The notes beneath the pieces were generated by a model. The model searched no databases, was not told where the DNA came from, and worked only from the letters and a program-made list of their open reading frames with translations. From the IMG/VR virus record IMGVR_UViG_2541047918_000003: 47,928 bases of DNA. One strand, written 5' to 3'. Source of the stretch: a virus. Lineage: Duplodnaviria; Heunggongvirae; Uroviricota; Caudoviricetes. Each line of letters starts with the position of its first letter. Position 1 is the first letter of the stretch. Of the stretch, positions 19,369 through 27,700 are shown piece by piece. A program made the position numbers and the translations under genes.

Positions 19369-21126
19369 TCACAGAATTAACAGGTCCTCATCAGGATCAA
19401 GCGTGGACAGAAAGTCATTCACGCCCCCTCCATTTACCAGAAAGCGGCTCATGGCTGTAAAAAGCGCAACAGGGCCGTCGATTTTGGCTTCCGGCGTGGA
19501 TTTATTCGGGAAGATGTTGTCGTTTTTGTCCGGTTTTACAGTAACGTTAGACATCATCCAGTTCATGACCGGATGATTGCTGTGATGGAAACGCCCGGCA
19601 TAAACCAGTGATTCCGTTTCCTTCATGGCCTCTGACAGATTGCGGACCGTCTGCGGAACCTCCACCAGCGGTATCCCTTCTTCAGCCAGTGCCAGGCTGA
19701 ACTGCATTGCGCTCCACGGGTCAAATCCCAGTTCCCTGAGGTTTTCACCGCCAATCCATTCCAGTAAGTCACTTTTTATCTGAGCATGATCGATAACATC
19801 ACCATCCGTCAGGATGAGCTTATCCATCTCCGCCCACTTCCGGTAAAGTTCTGCCTGCTGCCGCGAGCATCGTTCCAGCCGTCCTTCCGGAAGCCAGAAT
19901 TTAAAATCAGCATGAACATGTCCGTTATCGGTTCGCCAGAGTTTTGCCGCCGCACAGATATCAATCTTATGAGCAAGGTCGACGCCGACCCACATGGGAT
20001 ATGTTTTCAGCTCATGTTGTGGAGCAATGTATTCGCACTTCTCCCACTTAATCATATCCATCCAGGCAGATTCGGCAGTGACCCACACATTCATGTGTTT
20101 GGTAAAAAAATTCACCCGCGCAGAGACCTGCTCCTTCGCTTTTTTCGCCAGACGACGCAGATCATCCCAGCGTTTACAGATGCCCAGGCCAGGATTCGCT
20201 TTCTGCCAGACCGTTTCATCAAACGGATCATCTCCCTCATCAAGCGTGTAAATGATCGCAAAGTAAGAGTCGTCTTTTACAGCGCCCTCCACGTCGCTGT
20301 TATAGCCTCGCAATACCTTGATGGCGTAATCACGCTGCTCGTAACAAATCCCTTCCTTGTTAAAGCCAGCCGTGGTGATACCAAATAACAGGGACTGCAG
20401 ACGGGCACCGGTTGCCGTTTCCAGAACGTCCCACACGTCGCGGGTTTTATGTGCATGCAGCTCATCAATAATGGCGCAGTGGATGTTCAGACCGTCCAGG
20501 TTGTTTGCATCCGAGGAAAGCGGTTCAAATTTTGATGCGCTCTGCTCCTGGTAAATCGCCAGCTTGTTGAAATCAAACAACCGCCCGAGTGTCGACCGGG
20601 CTTTTCTGACCATATTTTTGGCGTCTTCAAACACGATTCTGGCCTGGTCACGCGTGGTTGCGGCTGAATACACCTCAGCTCCGCCTTCACTATCTGCCCC
20701 CGTCATATACAGGCCGATACCCGATGACAGTGTTGATTTTGCGTTTTTACGGGCGACTTCGTTGTACGCCGTCCGGAACCGGCGCACCATCACCGGACGT
20801 CCGCTGCCATCGCTGCGCATGACAACTTCCCCGGTTTCTTCATTGACCAGCGGAATGACAAAACCAAAAATATTAATGAGGATAAATACATGCCAGTCCA
20901 TCAACTCAATGGGCTGGCCTGCCAGTGCCCCTTTTACATGAGGCACAAATTTGTAGAAATTCAGGATGTGCTGCGCACGGGGTTCACTGAAATAAATCCC
21001 CCGCTTTTCGCCGTACTTCAGATCATCAAGAAAACGCTGGCAGGCCAGGCGGACAAATTCGCCAGCAACAATTTCTCCTGCAACAACACGTTCGGCGTAG
21101 CGGATCCCGTCAGCCACTTTTGCCAT
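19369..21126 (-). CDS. terminase large subunit
   Basis: 585 aa; ATPase N-terminal half and nuclease C-terminal half; ATGA overlap with the small subunit. Confidence 0.85.
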   Translation of the reverse strand: MAKVADGIRYAERVVAGEIVAGEFVRLACQRFLDDLKYGEKRGIYFSEPRAQHILNFYKFVPHVKGALAGQPIELMDWHVFILINIFGFVIPLVNEETGEVVMRSDGSGRPVMVRRFRTAYNEVARKNAKSTLSSGIGLYMTGADSEGGAEVYSAATTRDQARIVFEDAKNMVRKARSTLGRLFDFNKLAIYQEQSASKFEPLSSDANNLDGLNIHCAIIDELHAHKTRDVWDVLETATGARLQSLLFGITTAGFNKEGICYEQRDYAIKVLRGYNSDVEGAVKDDSYFAIIYTLDEGDDPFDETVWQKANPGLGICKRWDDLRRLAKKAKEQVSARVNFFTKHMNVWVTAESAWMDMIKWEKCEYIAPQHELKTYPMWVGVDLAHKIDICAAAKLWRTDNGHVHADFKFWLPEGRLERCSRQQAELYRKWAEMDKLILTDGDVIDHAQIKSDLLEWIGGENLRELGFDPWSAMQFSLALAEEGIPLVEVPQTVRNLSEAMKETESLVYAGRFHHSNHPVMNWMMSNVTVKPDKNDNIFPNKSTPEAKIDGPVALFTAMSRFLVNGGGVNDFLSTLDPDEDLLIL

Positions 21127-21608
21127 CAGTCTCTCGCTTTTAAAAGCTCTGCCAGCGGATCAACATTATCCGGTCCGGCGGTATTTACTTTTGCCCGGCT
21201 TGCCGGTGACATACCAAATTCTGCAAGCATCGCCCGGATCCGCTTCCAGGCATCCGCTTTCATCGCAGCAGCCGGGTGTGCCTTAATCAGCACATCACCG
21301 TTCTGCGTTTCCGAGCGGTAGGTGTACCCCTCAACATCGAGTGTTTCGCAGTGATGCCGGTATTCGGTATAGGCTTCCACCAGTAGCTCAAGCGCACGCG
21401 CATCAAGCTGAGAAATGATCCCTTCCGCATTCAGCTCTTCCGCCATTCGCCTGAACCAGTACTTCCCCTGCGCCCCTAAATGTTGCGGAATTTTAGGGAG
21501 ACCTTTTTCATCCTTTTTAGCGGTTTTTTTGAGGTCTTTAACTGGCCGCTTTGAGGGGTTGCCTCGTATCAAATGCAGGCGTGGCGGGATTTTCGGGGGT
21601 CCAGACAT
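21126..21608 (-). CDS. terminase small subunit
   Basis: 160 aa; basic N-terminus; directly upstream of the large subunit. Confidence 0.7.
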   Translation of the reverse strand: MSGPPKIPPRLHLIRGNPSKRPVKDLKKTAKKDEKGLPKIPQHLGAQGKYWFRRMAEELNAEGIISQLDARALELLVEAYTEYRHHCETLDVEGYTYRSETQNGDVLIKAHPAAAMKADAWKRIRAMLAEFGMSPASRAKVNTAGPDNVDPLAELLKARD

Positions 21609-21680
21609 AATCGGTTTTACCTATCAATCATTTAATCACATTCCAAAAAAAAGTTTTCGAACCTGCGGCGATGCGAGGAA

Positions 21681-21700
21681 AGGTCAGGCGGCGGTACTGA
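21681..21700. other. candidate cosN (cohesive end site)
   Basis: Minus strand reads ACCGCCGCCTGACCT, resembling the lambda cohesive end GGGCGGCGACCT as recalled; lies between HNH and terS. Confidence 0.3.
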
Positions 21701-21755
21701 ACAGCCAGGGTTGCAGAGATTTGACCCGCCCCTCCCCTGCAGATGGGAGCTGTTA

Positions 21756-22106
21756 TCAATTGATGCGTTCGCGCGCTGTTTTTGCTTTATGACAGGGCCA
21801 GCACAGACTCTGCAGGTTACTGTCTGCATCCGTGCCACCATGAGCTTTCGGAATGATGTGGTCCACAGTTCTGGCTTCAACGGCTCTCCCATTGCGCAGG
21901 CAGTTCTGACACAGATGATTATCACGCTTCAGTATGCGCGCACGTATGGCATCCCATTTCGAGCCATAGCCACGCTGGTGGCGGCTCAGTCCGCGTTGAT
22001 GCTGTACCCATCCTTCGCCACGATGTTTATCGCAGTAACCAGAACTGTCTGTGGTTGTACCTGCACATCCACGCTTACGGCAGGCGCGTGGGATTAGTGC
22101 TGGCAT
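21756..22106 (-). CDS. HNH endonuclease (packaging-associated)
   Basis: 116 aa; Cys-rich HNH motif (...DHIIPKAHGGTDADSNLQSLCWPCH...); position before cos/terS. Confidence 0.8.
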   Translation of the reverse strand: MPALIPRACRKRGCAGTTTDSSGYCDKHRGEGWVQHQRGLSRHQRGYGSKWDAIRARILKRDNHLCQNCLRNGRAVEARTVDHIIPKAHGGTDADSNLQSLCWPCHKAKTARERIN

Positions 22107-22244
22107 GTTTCGCCCTTATATAAATCAAAGGTGACCTGCATTGAGTATCTCCATGGAATAGATTTGCTGCTGATATGAGACAGATCAATAGACTTCATGA
22201 GCCAACGGGTGTAGATATTACTTTTTACTTCAGAGGGTTAACTC

Positions 22245-22784
22245 ATGGATATTAAAGATAAAATCAATACCATTTTGTTATGTGACATTGCCATCCACCT
22301 AGGTATCGAAACTGATATTGATCCACAGCTTGTTAAATATGCTGTGTCATCTGGTAATGATTGGGTTATCAAGGCCGAATATTCACATTTGGATGTTGAC
22401 GAACCAAGTAAAGAAGATCGTGATTTTGTTACTGCTGTCTTGAATATGTATCGCGGACTTTCCAATGCTTTCAGGAAACTTAGTGATGACGAGCAAAAAG
22501 AATTAGTCCGTGACCATCATCTAAAAATACATGATGGGGCAATTCAGCTCCCAGGTTTCGACGGTAATAATGAATGCGATTACTTCAGTATCATTGAGGC
22601 ATATCAGAAAATTGATCGCTTCCCCGAACAGAAACAGCCCATTGCCAATACTCATTCACGTACAGAACATCTCTATAACGCAATGCTTGATGAGTTTAAG
22701 AAAATTGACGCTGTAAATCGAAGCTGGGATTTATCGAAGGAAGAACTGGCATCCATTCTTTCCACAGCTCCACGCAGTTTCTAA
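22245..22784 (+). CDS. YfbU (UPF0304)-like protein, moron
   Basis: 179 aa; C-terminal half follows the YfbU pattern as recalled (GFD ... Y.AML ... LS..E...I); GAGGG RBS; AT-rich; own terminator. Confidence 0.5.
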   Translation: MDIKDKINTILLCDIAIHLGIETDIDPQLVKYAVSSGNDWVIKAEYSHLDVDEPSKEDRDFVTAVLNMYRGLSNAFRKLSDDEQKELVRDHHLKIHDGAIQLPGFDGNNECDYFSIIEAYQKIDRFPEQKQPIANTHSRTEHLYNAMLDEFKKIDAVNRSWDLSKEELASILSTAPRSF

Positions 22785-22789
22785 GTGCT

Positions 22790-23056
22790 TTAGGCGGGTT
22801 TCCAACCCGCCTTATTATGCTCGTATATAGAGAAGGAAGCACCCAAATTAACCAGCGCGGATTTCTTTTCCTCAATACGGCTGTTAAGTTCAGCAACTGC
22901 ATGCGGGCGTATGGCCTCAAGAAAAGCACTATATTGATAGGCAGACTGGATTGTCACACCAAGCCCTGCACCACTTTCCAGTATACCTTTCTGTCGCTGT
23001 AGCTCTTTCATCTCGTTATAGATGTAATGTGCGTTACTTAGGTTTTCTACGTTCAC
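22790..23056 (-). CDS. hypothetical protein (doubtful)
   Basis: 88 aa; GTG start; its 3' end is encoded by the terminator palindrome of the opposite strand. Confidence 0.25.
   Translation of the reverse strand: MNVENLSNAHYIYNEMKELQRQKGILESGAGLGVTIQSAYQYSAFLEAIRPHAVAELNSRIEEKKSALVNLGASFSIYEHNKAGWKPA
22793..22818 (+). terminator. intrinsic terminator of the YfbU-like moron
   Basis: Perfect 8-bp stem GGCGGGTT/AACCCGCC, loop TCCA, then TTATTAT. Confidence 0.6.
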
Positions 23057-23211
23057 GCCCTAAGTTCTTCCTGCAGTTAGCCTGCACTGATTTGTTATGC
23101 GCCAATATGTCCCGCTTCGTCTGTTGCATTATCATAAGTAATAGCGTAGGTTGACACCTTGGCTCTCTTTCGCCACCGGCGAATCTTTAGCGGATTATCC
23201 TTGGCCGGTTT

Positions 23212-23679
23212 TTATCTGAGACATTGCTCACGAATGTATAGCTGTGCCCCTTCCAGTTGCTTCTGCATCGTCATCAACCGTTCTCTGAGGGTGAAATAAT
23301 CCCGTTCAGCGGTGTCTGCCAATCTGGGGCTGGTTGCATTATCCACGCTGGTGGGTCCGGTGGCTTCACGCACGGCTGCGGAGCAACTGGCATTGACCCG
23401 CAGGCGCTTACGACCAGCGGCAACATCAGCGCGCAGAGTTTCATTTTCAGCTTTCGCATTGGCTAATTCTCTCGAGTACTTTGCATCGAGCGCAGCAACA
23501 TCACGCTGACGCTGCTGCATGTCAGCGATGGTGGCGGTCAGCTGCTTCAGCTCACTGACTTTTTTATCACGCTGTTCTTTGTAGGTGATGGCGTTATCAC
23601 GGTAATGATTGACCGCCCACGACAGGCAGACGATGATGCAGATAACCAGAGCATAAATAATCGCGGCGACTCTGCTCAC
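23212..23679 (-). CDS. Rz: i-spanin Rz
   Basis: Lambda Rz-like ([25 protein letters not shown]...); GTG start overlapping the endolysin stop. Confidence 0.8.
   Translation of the reverse strand: MSRVAAIIYALVICIIVCLSWAVNHYRDNAITYKEQRDKKVSELKQLTATIADMQQRQRDVAALDAKYSRELANAKAENETLRADVAAGRKRLRVNASCSAAVREATGPTSVDNATSPRLADTAERDYFTLRERLMTMQKQLEGAQLYIREQCLR
23274..23459 (-). CDS. Rz1: o-spanin Rz1 lipoprotein, embedded in Rz in another frame
   Basis: 61 aa; lipobox LVVSAC; Pro-rich; lambda Rz1-like; entirely inside Rz. Confidence 0.75.
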   Translation of the reverse strand: MRKLKMKLCALMLPLVVSACGSMPVAPQPCVKPPDPPAWIMQPAPDWQTPLNGIISPSENG

Positions 23680-24209
23680 TGATCTATTCCCCAACAGGCT
23701 AATGCGCTTTCTTGGTCACGACGAATAACCTGTCCATAGCAGTTATTTGAACGTATGCGGCAATCGCGCCCACCATCTTTTATCCACCAGCGAATCGCCT
23801 CGCATGCGCCCTTACGATCACCAGCATTCAGCCGCTTATAAAACGTCGATGGAAAACACTTACCGGGGCCAATGTTATAGGGACAAAATGACGCGATACC
23901 CGCTTTTTGTGGTTCGGTCAGTGGTACTTTAATATTGCGCTCCACCCATGCCAGCGCCTTATCACGCTCAATGGCGTTGACCTGGTCGCATTTTTCCTTC
24001 GACAGTTTCATACCGGGAAAAACGGGTTTTCCATCCACCATCGTGGCACCCCGACAGATGGTCCAGATGCCGGAACCATCGCGGTATGCCGTTGTGTGGT
24101 TACCTTCTTTTTCATCCAGAAACTGGTCGAGAATATCAGGCGCGGGCGCACCGACGGCAATCAGTGCCAGAACGGCAGCCGACAGGCCGTATCTGATTTT
24201 TGCGTTCAT
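23676..24209 (-). CDS. R: endolysin, T4-lysozyme-like with N-terminal SAR domain
   Basis: 177 aa; N-terminal uncharged hydrophobic stretch; catalytic region with E, D and T residues. Confidence 0.8.
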   Translation of the reverse strand: MNAKIRYGLSAAVLALIAVGAPAPDILDQFLDEKEGNHTTAYRDGSGIWTICRGATMVDGKPVFPGMKLSKEKCDQVNAIERDKALAWVERNIKVPLTEPQKAGIASFCPYNIGPGKCFPSTFYKRLNAGDRKGACEAIRWWIKDGGRDCRIRSNNCYGQVIRRDQESALACWGIDQ

Positions 24210-24272
24210 GGATATTTATCAGGATTTATCGGTTTCTGCCCACGGACAGGTTTATCTGTTCCGGTCAGTGAC

Positions 24273-24623
24273 TTAAGGTTGTGATTCCGGAGGAGTCTTC
24301 AGAGAACCAGTAATTCTTCCTGGTAGCTTTCCTTTGTAGGTTATCCACACATTCTGCGCCTCTAAAATTACGGGGCGCTTTTCCGGCGACTGCTCATCCC
24401 CTTCACATAACCCGGCAGCAACATCCAGGAAGACCTGTCTGATGCTCCTTCTGGCTGCTGCCTCATAAAACCCCAGCGCGGCACCTTCAACACGGTCCAG
24501 CGAGATGTCCAGGTCAAAAATTTCACCGTCAAAGCGTTTTTTGTCCCGTAACGCTAAAGTTACCGTAACTTTATTCTCAAAATTGCGGATCCCTTTCACA
24601 ATCAGTTCATAGTTTTGAGTCAT
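24273..24623 (-). CDS. hypothetical protein inserted between holin and endolysin
   Basis: 116 aa; ATG 4 nt after the holin stop; GGAGAG upstream; no family recognised. Confidence 0.45.
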   Translation of the reverse strand: MTQNYELIVKGIRNFENKVTVTLALRDKKRFDGEIFDLDISLDRVEGAALGFYEAAARRSIRQVFLDVAAGLCEGDEQSPEKRPVILEAQNVWITYKGKLPGRITGSLKTPPESQP

Positions 24624-24627
24624 TGAA

Positions 24628-24843
24628 TTACTCTCCCCGTGCAGCCTTACGACGGTCCTCTCTGATTTTGAAATACAGGTTAGTCAGATATGTCAGGAAG
24701 CCCAGAACCAGACTCCCCAGTACACCAATCGCAGCCCACTGTGACGGACTGACCTGATCAAGCCACTGTAAAAACCAGTAGCCAGCACTGCCTGCGGAGG
24801 TGCCGTAGGCAATGCCCGTTGAAATTTTATCCATGGATTTCAT
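24628..24843 (-). CDS. S: pinholin, phage 21 S-like, dual-start
   Basis: 71 aa [18 protein letters not shown]... matches S21 as recalled; Met1 and Met4 both present; GGAGGT RBS. Confidence 0.85.
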   Translation of the reverse strand: MKSMDKISTGIAYGTSAGSAGYWFLQWLDQVSPSQWAAIGVLGSLVLGFLTYLTNLYFKIREDRRKAARGE

Positions 24844-24980
24844 AGCCTCACCTCCGCAGCGAACGGATGGCGTAGTTATAAGGGGAGCGAAAAAGAAAGA
24901 ATGCGCGATTGCGCAATATGGTAACGTCAGGGTATTATCCACTGGCTGAATAGATCACTTCACGTTTTTTGTTCCTTGCC

Positions 24981-25008
24981 GCCCGTATCCATATGCGGGC
25001 TTTTTTTT
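24981..25008 (+). terminator. plus-strand intrinsic terminator in the holin-tRNA spacer
   Basis: GCCCG...CGGGC hairpin followed by T8 on the plus strand. Confidence 0.45.
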
Positions 25009-25014
25009 GCATGT

Positions 25015-25044
25015 AAAAAGGCCCCAACACATGTGCGTGGGGCC
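25015..25044 (-). terminator. minus-strand intrinsic terminator downstream of the tRNA cluster
   Basis: GGCCCCA/TGGGGCC stem followed by T5 on the minus strand. Confidence 0.45.
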
Positions 25045-25283
25045 TGAGAGTATACATGGTTTCAGTCAACTGCATGGTGCCGGGTGCCTCCCGGTGAATT
25101 CAGTACCAGCACCTGAATCCGCGATTATCCCATATACCTACTCGCTGATTGCCCCTCCGCACAGGGGGATTCACCATGCCAGTTTCTTTTAACAAACTCC
25201 CCGCAAAACAGACAACTGTCAACCGTCTGAATTGTGAGACATTTAAAAAAAGGCCCGCAAAAGCGAGCCGGGAAAAATAAGTC

Positions 25284-25360
25284 TGGCGCGTTGTACTGGA
25301 TTCGAACCAGTGACCGATTGCTTAGAAGGCAATTGCTCTGTCCGGTTGAGCTAACAACGC
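25284..25360 (-). tRNA. argO: tRNA-Arg (anticodon UCU)
   Basis: 77 nt; cloverleaf; anticodon loop CTTCTAA; T-arm GGTTCGAATCC; encoded CCA. Confidence 0.85.
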
Positions 25361-25373
25361 AGGGTACAGATAA

Positions 25374-25450
25374 TGGACCGCCATCGAGGACTCGAACCCC
25401 GCGCAACCAGCTTCGAAGGCTGGCGCTCTATCCTGATGAGCTAATGGCGG
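25374..25450 (-). tRNA. argN: tRNA-Arg (anticodon UCG)
   Basis: About 77 nt; anticodon loop CTTCGAA; T-arm TTCGAGT; CCA end; exact 5' end uncertain by 1 nt. Confidence 0.75.
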
Positions 25451-25457
25451 TATGTGA

Positions 25458-25533
25458 TGGTGGCCCTTGCTGGATTTGAACCAGCGACCTGGCGATTATG
25501 AGTCGCTCGCTCTCACCACTGAGCTAAAGGGCC
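25458..25533 (-). tRNA. ileZ: tRNA-Ile2 (anticodon CAU, lysidine type; would also score as Met)
   Basis: 76 nt GGCCCTTTAGCTCAGTGG...CTCATAA...GGTTCAAATCC...GGGCCACCA; close to E. coli ileX as recalled. Confidence 0.85.
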
Positions 25534-25573
25534 GGGAGCCGCATAATAACGACGCGTAATTAATTCTTCAATA

Positions 25574-25852
25574 TCATCCGTTCTGGCTGACTAAATCCTG
25601 TACTTCCCGAACCGTCTGCTCAAAACGTTCAGTCTCCAGCTCAACGCCAATTGCACGACGCCCGAGCGCCAGTGCCGCTTTCACTGTCGAACCCGACCCC
25701 ATGAAAAAATCTGCAATCAGGTCACCCGGACGACTGCTAGCGCTGATTATCTGCTGCAGCATTTCTGCCGGTTTTTCGCACGGATGTTTCCCGGGATAGA
25801 ACTGCACCGGTTTATGCGTCCAGACATCGGTATACGGCACCTGCGCCGTCAC
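25574..25852 (-). pseudogene. C-terminal remnant of an N6/N4 DNA methyltransferase
   Basis: 92 aa with the C-terminal motif (...KPAEMLQQIISASSRPGDLIADFFMGSGSTVKAALALGRRAIGVE); N-terminal catalytic part absent; GTG start only 58 nt below tR'. Confidence 0.6.
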
Positions 25853-25910
25853 GCCAAAATACCGCCGCAGTCGGCATTCACAACCACCAGCGCATTTAAC
25901 GTTCAGCCAT

Positions 25911-25933
25911 AAAAAAACCCGCTCGCGGCGGGT
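25911..25933 (-). terminator. late terminator tR' downstream of Q
   Basis: ACCCGC CGCGA GCGGGT followed by T7 on the minus strand, about 70 nt after the Q stop. Confidence 0.6.
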
Positions 25934-26003
25934 TTAAGCTGTGTGGCGAAGTAACCACTCTTAACATACTGACATACTTTTTGCGGACCGCACTAATCAT
26001 TTT

Positions 26004-26384
26004 TTACTTTTTTAGCAGCCAGTCGTCCATCTCCAGTCTTACCCCCAGCACAGACAAACATCCGTCAATAAACCCTTCGGCTATCTGCATCTCAATTCGT
26101 ATTGCTTTTTCGCTTTTCTTTCTCGTCCTGGCTATCTGTCTTTTTGATATTCGCAACAAATAATGAGCAATGAGAAGCGAATACTCCTCAGGTTTTTTCT
26201 GCTTCAGACGAGCAAGACAGTTTTCAATGATAAGTCCGTCATCATCGCAGCAGGCCGGACGTGGTTTAGTGGCAGATGGTAAAAGTCCTTTGAATCCGGC
26301 AGCGATCGGAGAATAGTCCACCCCGGTGTTACCACTTGCAGCCCATGCCCCCCAGCGTTCAAGAACCATCTGAATATCACGCAT
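26004..26384 (-). CDS. late antiterminator Q (small Q family, QuuD-like)
   Basis: Starts MRDIQMVLERWGAWAA...; ATG at 26384 with GGAGAAAG upstream; the track ORF starts at an upstream TTG. Confidence 0.7.
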   Translation of the reverse strand: MRDIQMVLERWGAWAASGNTGVDYSPIAAGFKGLLPSATKPRPACCDDDGLIIENCLARLKQKKPEEYSLLIAHYLLRISKRQIARTRKKSEKAIRIEMQIAEGFIDGCLSVLGVRLEMDDWLLKK

Positions 26385-26401
26385 CAACTTTCTCCACAAA
26401 A

Positions 26402-27421
26402 TCAGGACAGCACACCAATCGCCAGCGCGCGATCGATAAAACGAAATATCAGCTCCAGTTGGGAGCCATACTTCTCTTCAAATGCCACGGTATCCGCATG
26501 CAGTTCGTCATGGTGTTTTCTGCACAAAGGCAACACAAAAAGGTCATGCGCTTTTGTTCCCATTCCACCCTGACCGTGACCTATCAGGTGGTGGGGATCA
26601 TCAGCGGGCTTTCCACAACATGCACACGGCTGTGTCTTAACCCAGCGCGTGTACTTTTCATTAACCCAGCGGCGACGTTTTGGGCGTAACATAAAAGACT
26701 CCGGCGACTCCGGATCCACTTTCAGCGCCAGCACCTTTTTCGCCTTATCCCGGATGATGCTGGTGGCAGGAACCGAAGGCACAAGGTCACTTTCCCGGGT
26801 AACAGTCGGCACAACAGGCTTCGGTAATCTCAGTGCCTTACGGGCTGCACTTTCCGGTAAGGCATCCGCCAGATCATTACGAATCAGCCACCAGCACAGT
26901 TCCGGCATTGTCACAACGTGACTGTCATCAAAACCGAGATCCCGACGCACAACAGACAACACCCAGCGGGCACAGTTATCCGTTGCCCTTGATTCCAGCC
27001 GTTCCGTGAACTGATCGCGCAGCTGATTATCGCAGTGCCAGCACAGACGGATTGCACCCGGAGCGTGTCGCATTGTGGTCATGTTCTCGCTGTGCCAGTC
27101 GGAATGAGGCCACTGGCAGCCTTTTTCACGAAGTAACCAGCTTTCAAGACATTCCACGCCACCAGCACGACGGATCACTGCCTCATTGCGGAACACGGCC
27201 CGAACGGCAGGATCATCCGCCAGCGGTTGTGATGCCGCCGGAACGGCACCGCTGGCGAAAGATGAATAACGTTCCGGCTCAGGCTCCAGCAGGACACGCC
27301 CCTGCATAAACAGGGGCATCAGCTCTGAACCGGGCCTGAACAATACAATCCCCATACGCGGGGCAATTTCAGGGGTCAGCAGTGCTCTCACGGTCACCTC
27401 AGCAAACGATATTGAATGCAT
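26402..27421 (-). CDS. DUF968-family protein (YdfU-like) with C-terminal Cys/His cluster
   Basis: 339 aa; C-terminal CACCGKPADDPHHLIGHGQGGMGTKAHDLFVLPLCRKHHDELH; Q-proximal position. Confidence 0.55.
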   Translation of the reverse strand: MHSISFAEVTVRALLTPEIAPRMGIVLFRPGSELMPLFMQGRVLLEPEPERYSSFASGAVPAASQPLADDPAVRAVFRNEAVIRRAGGVECLESWLLREKGCQWPHSDWHSENMTTMRHAPGAIRLCWHCDNQLRDQFTERLESRATDNCARWVLSVVRRDLGFDDSHVVTMPELCWWLIRNDLADALPESAARKALRLPKPVVPTVTRESDLVPSVPATSIIRDKAKKVLALKVDPESPESFMLRPKRRRWVNEKYTRWVKTQPCACCGKPADDPHHLIGHGQGGMGTKAHDLFVLPLCRKHHDELHADTVAFEEKYGSQLELIFRFIDRALAIGVLS

Positions 27422-27442
27422 ACAGAGAAAAAAACTCAGTCA

Positions 27443-27700
27443 TCACGCAGTAAACTCCTTCACCAGTATTTCAAACTGGCTTACCTGTCCTTCCAGTTCC
27501 GCCACGCAATCCACCAGCTCATCCACCGCCTTTTGTGTGCGGTGTTTTGCCTGCAGCAGATCACGAAGCGCCGGAGTAAGCTGCTTGCGGAGCGTATCTT
27601 TTTTCACGCTCGTTTTTTCCATCTGTTCAGCACAACGAAGCATCTCCTGCGCCTGCCGACGAAGTTGTTCCGGTGAAACAGTGATTGTTCTGTTGTTCAA
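27443..27700 (-). CDS. hypothetical coiled-coil protein
   Basis: 85 aa; TTG start overlapping the DnaB-like stop; no strong RBS. Confidence 0.3.
   Translation of the reverse strand: MNNRTITVSPEQLRRQAQEMLRCAEQMEKTSVKKDTLRKQLTPALRDLLQAKHRTQKAVDELVDCVAELEGQVSQFEILVKEFTA

Noticed and set aside
490-20941. Many plus-strand ORFs of 60-236 aa inside the tail and head region (for example 5634-6065, 6101-6589, 8867-9577, 18157-18813, 19786-20388, 20564-20941)
   Set aside because: They are antisense shadows of long, well-supported minus-strand structural genes, lack ribosome binding sites, and have odd compositions.
22238-23154. Minus-strand and alternative-frame ORFs overlapping the YfbU-like gene and the AT-rich spacer (22238-22465, 22531-22716, 22696-22929, 22817-23002, 22951-23154)
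   Set aside because: Overlapping small ORFs in AT-rich DNA without ribosome binding sites; the plus-strand YfbU-like gene with RBS and terminator explains the region.
25534-26003. Shiga toxin or other cargo genes in the Q-to-lysis slot
   Set aside because: Only a truncated methyltransferase ORF and three tRNAs are present; no A/B toxin-like ORFs.
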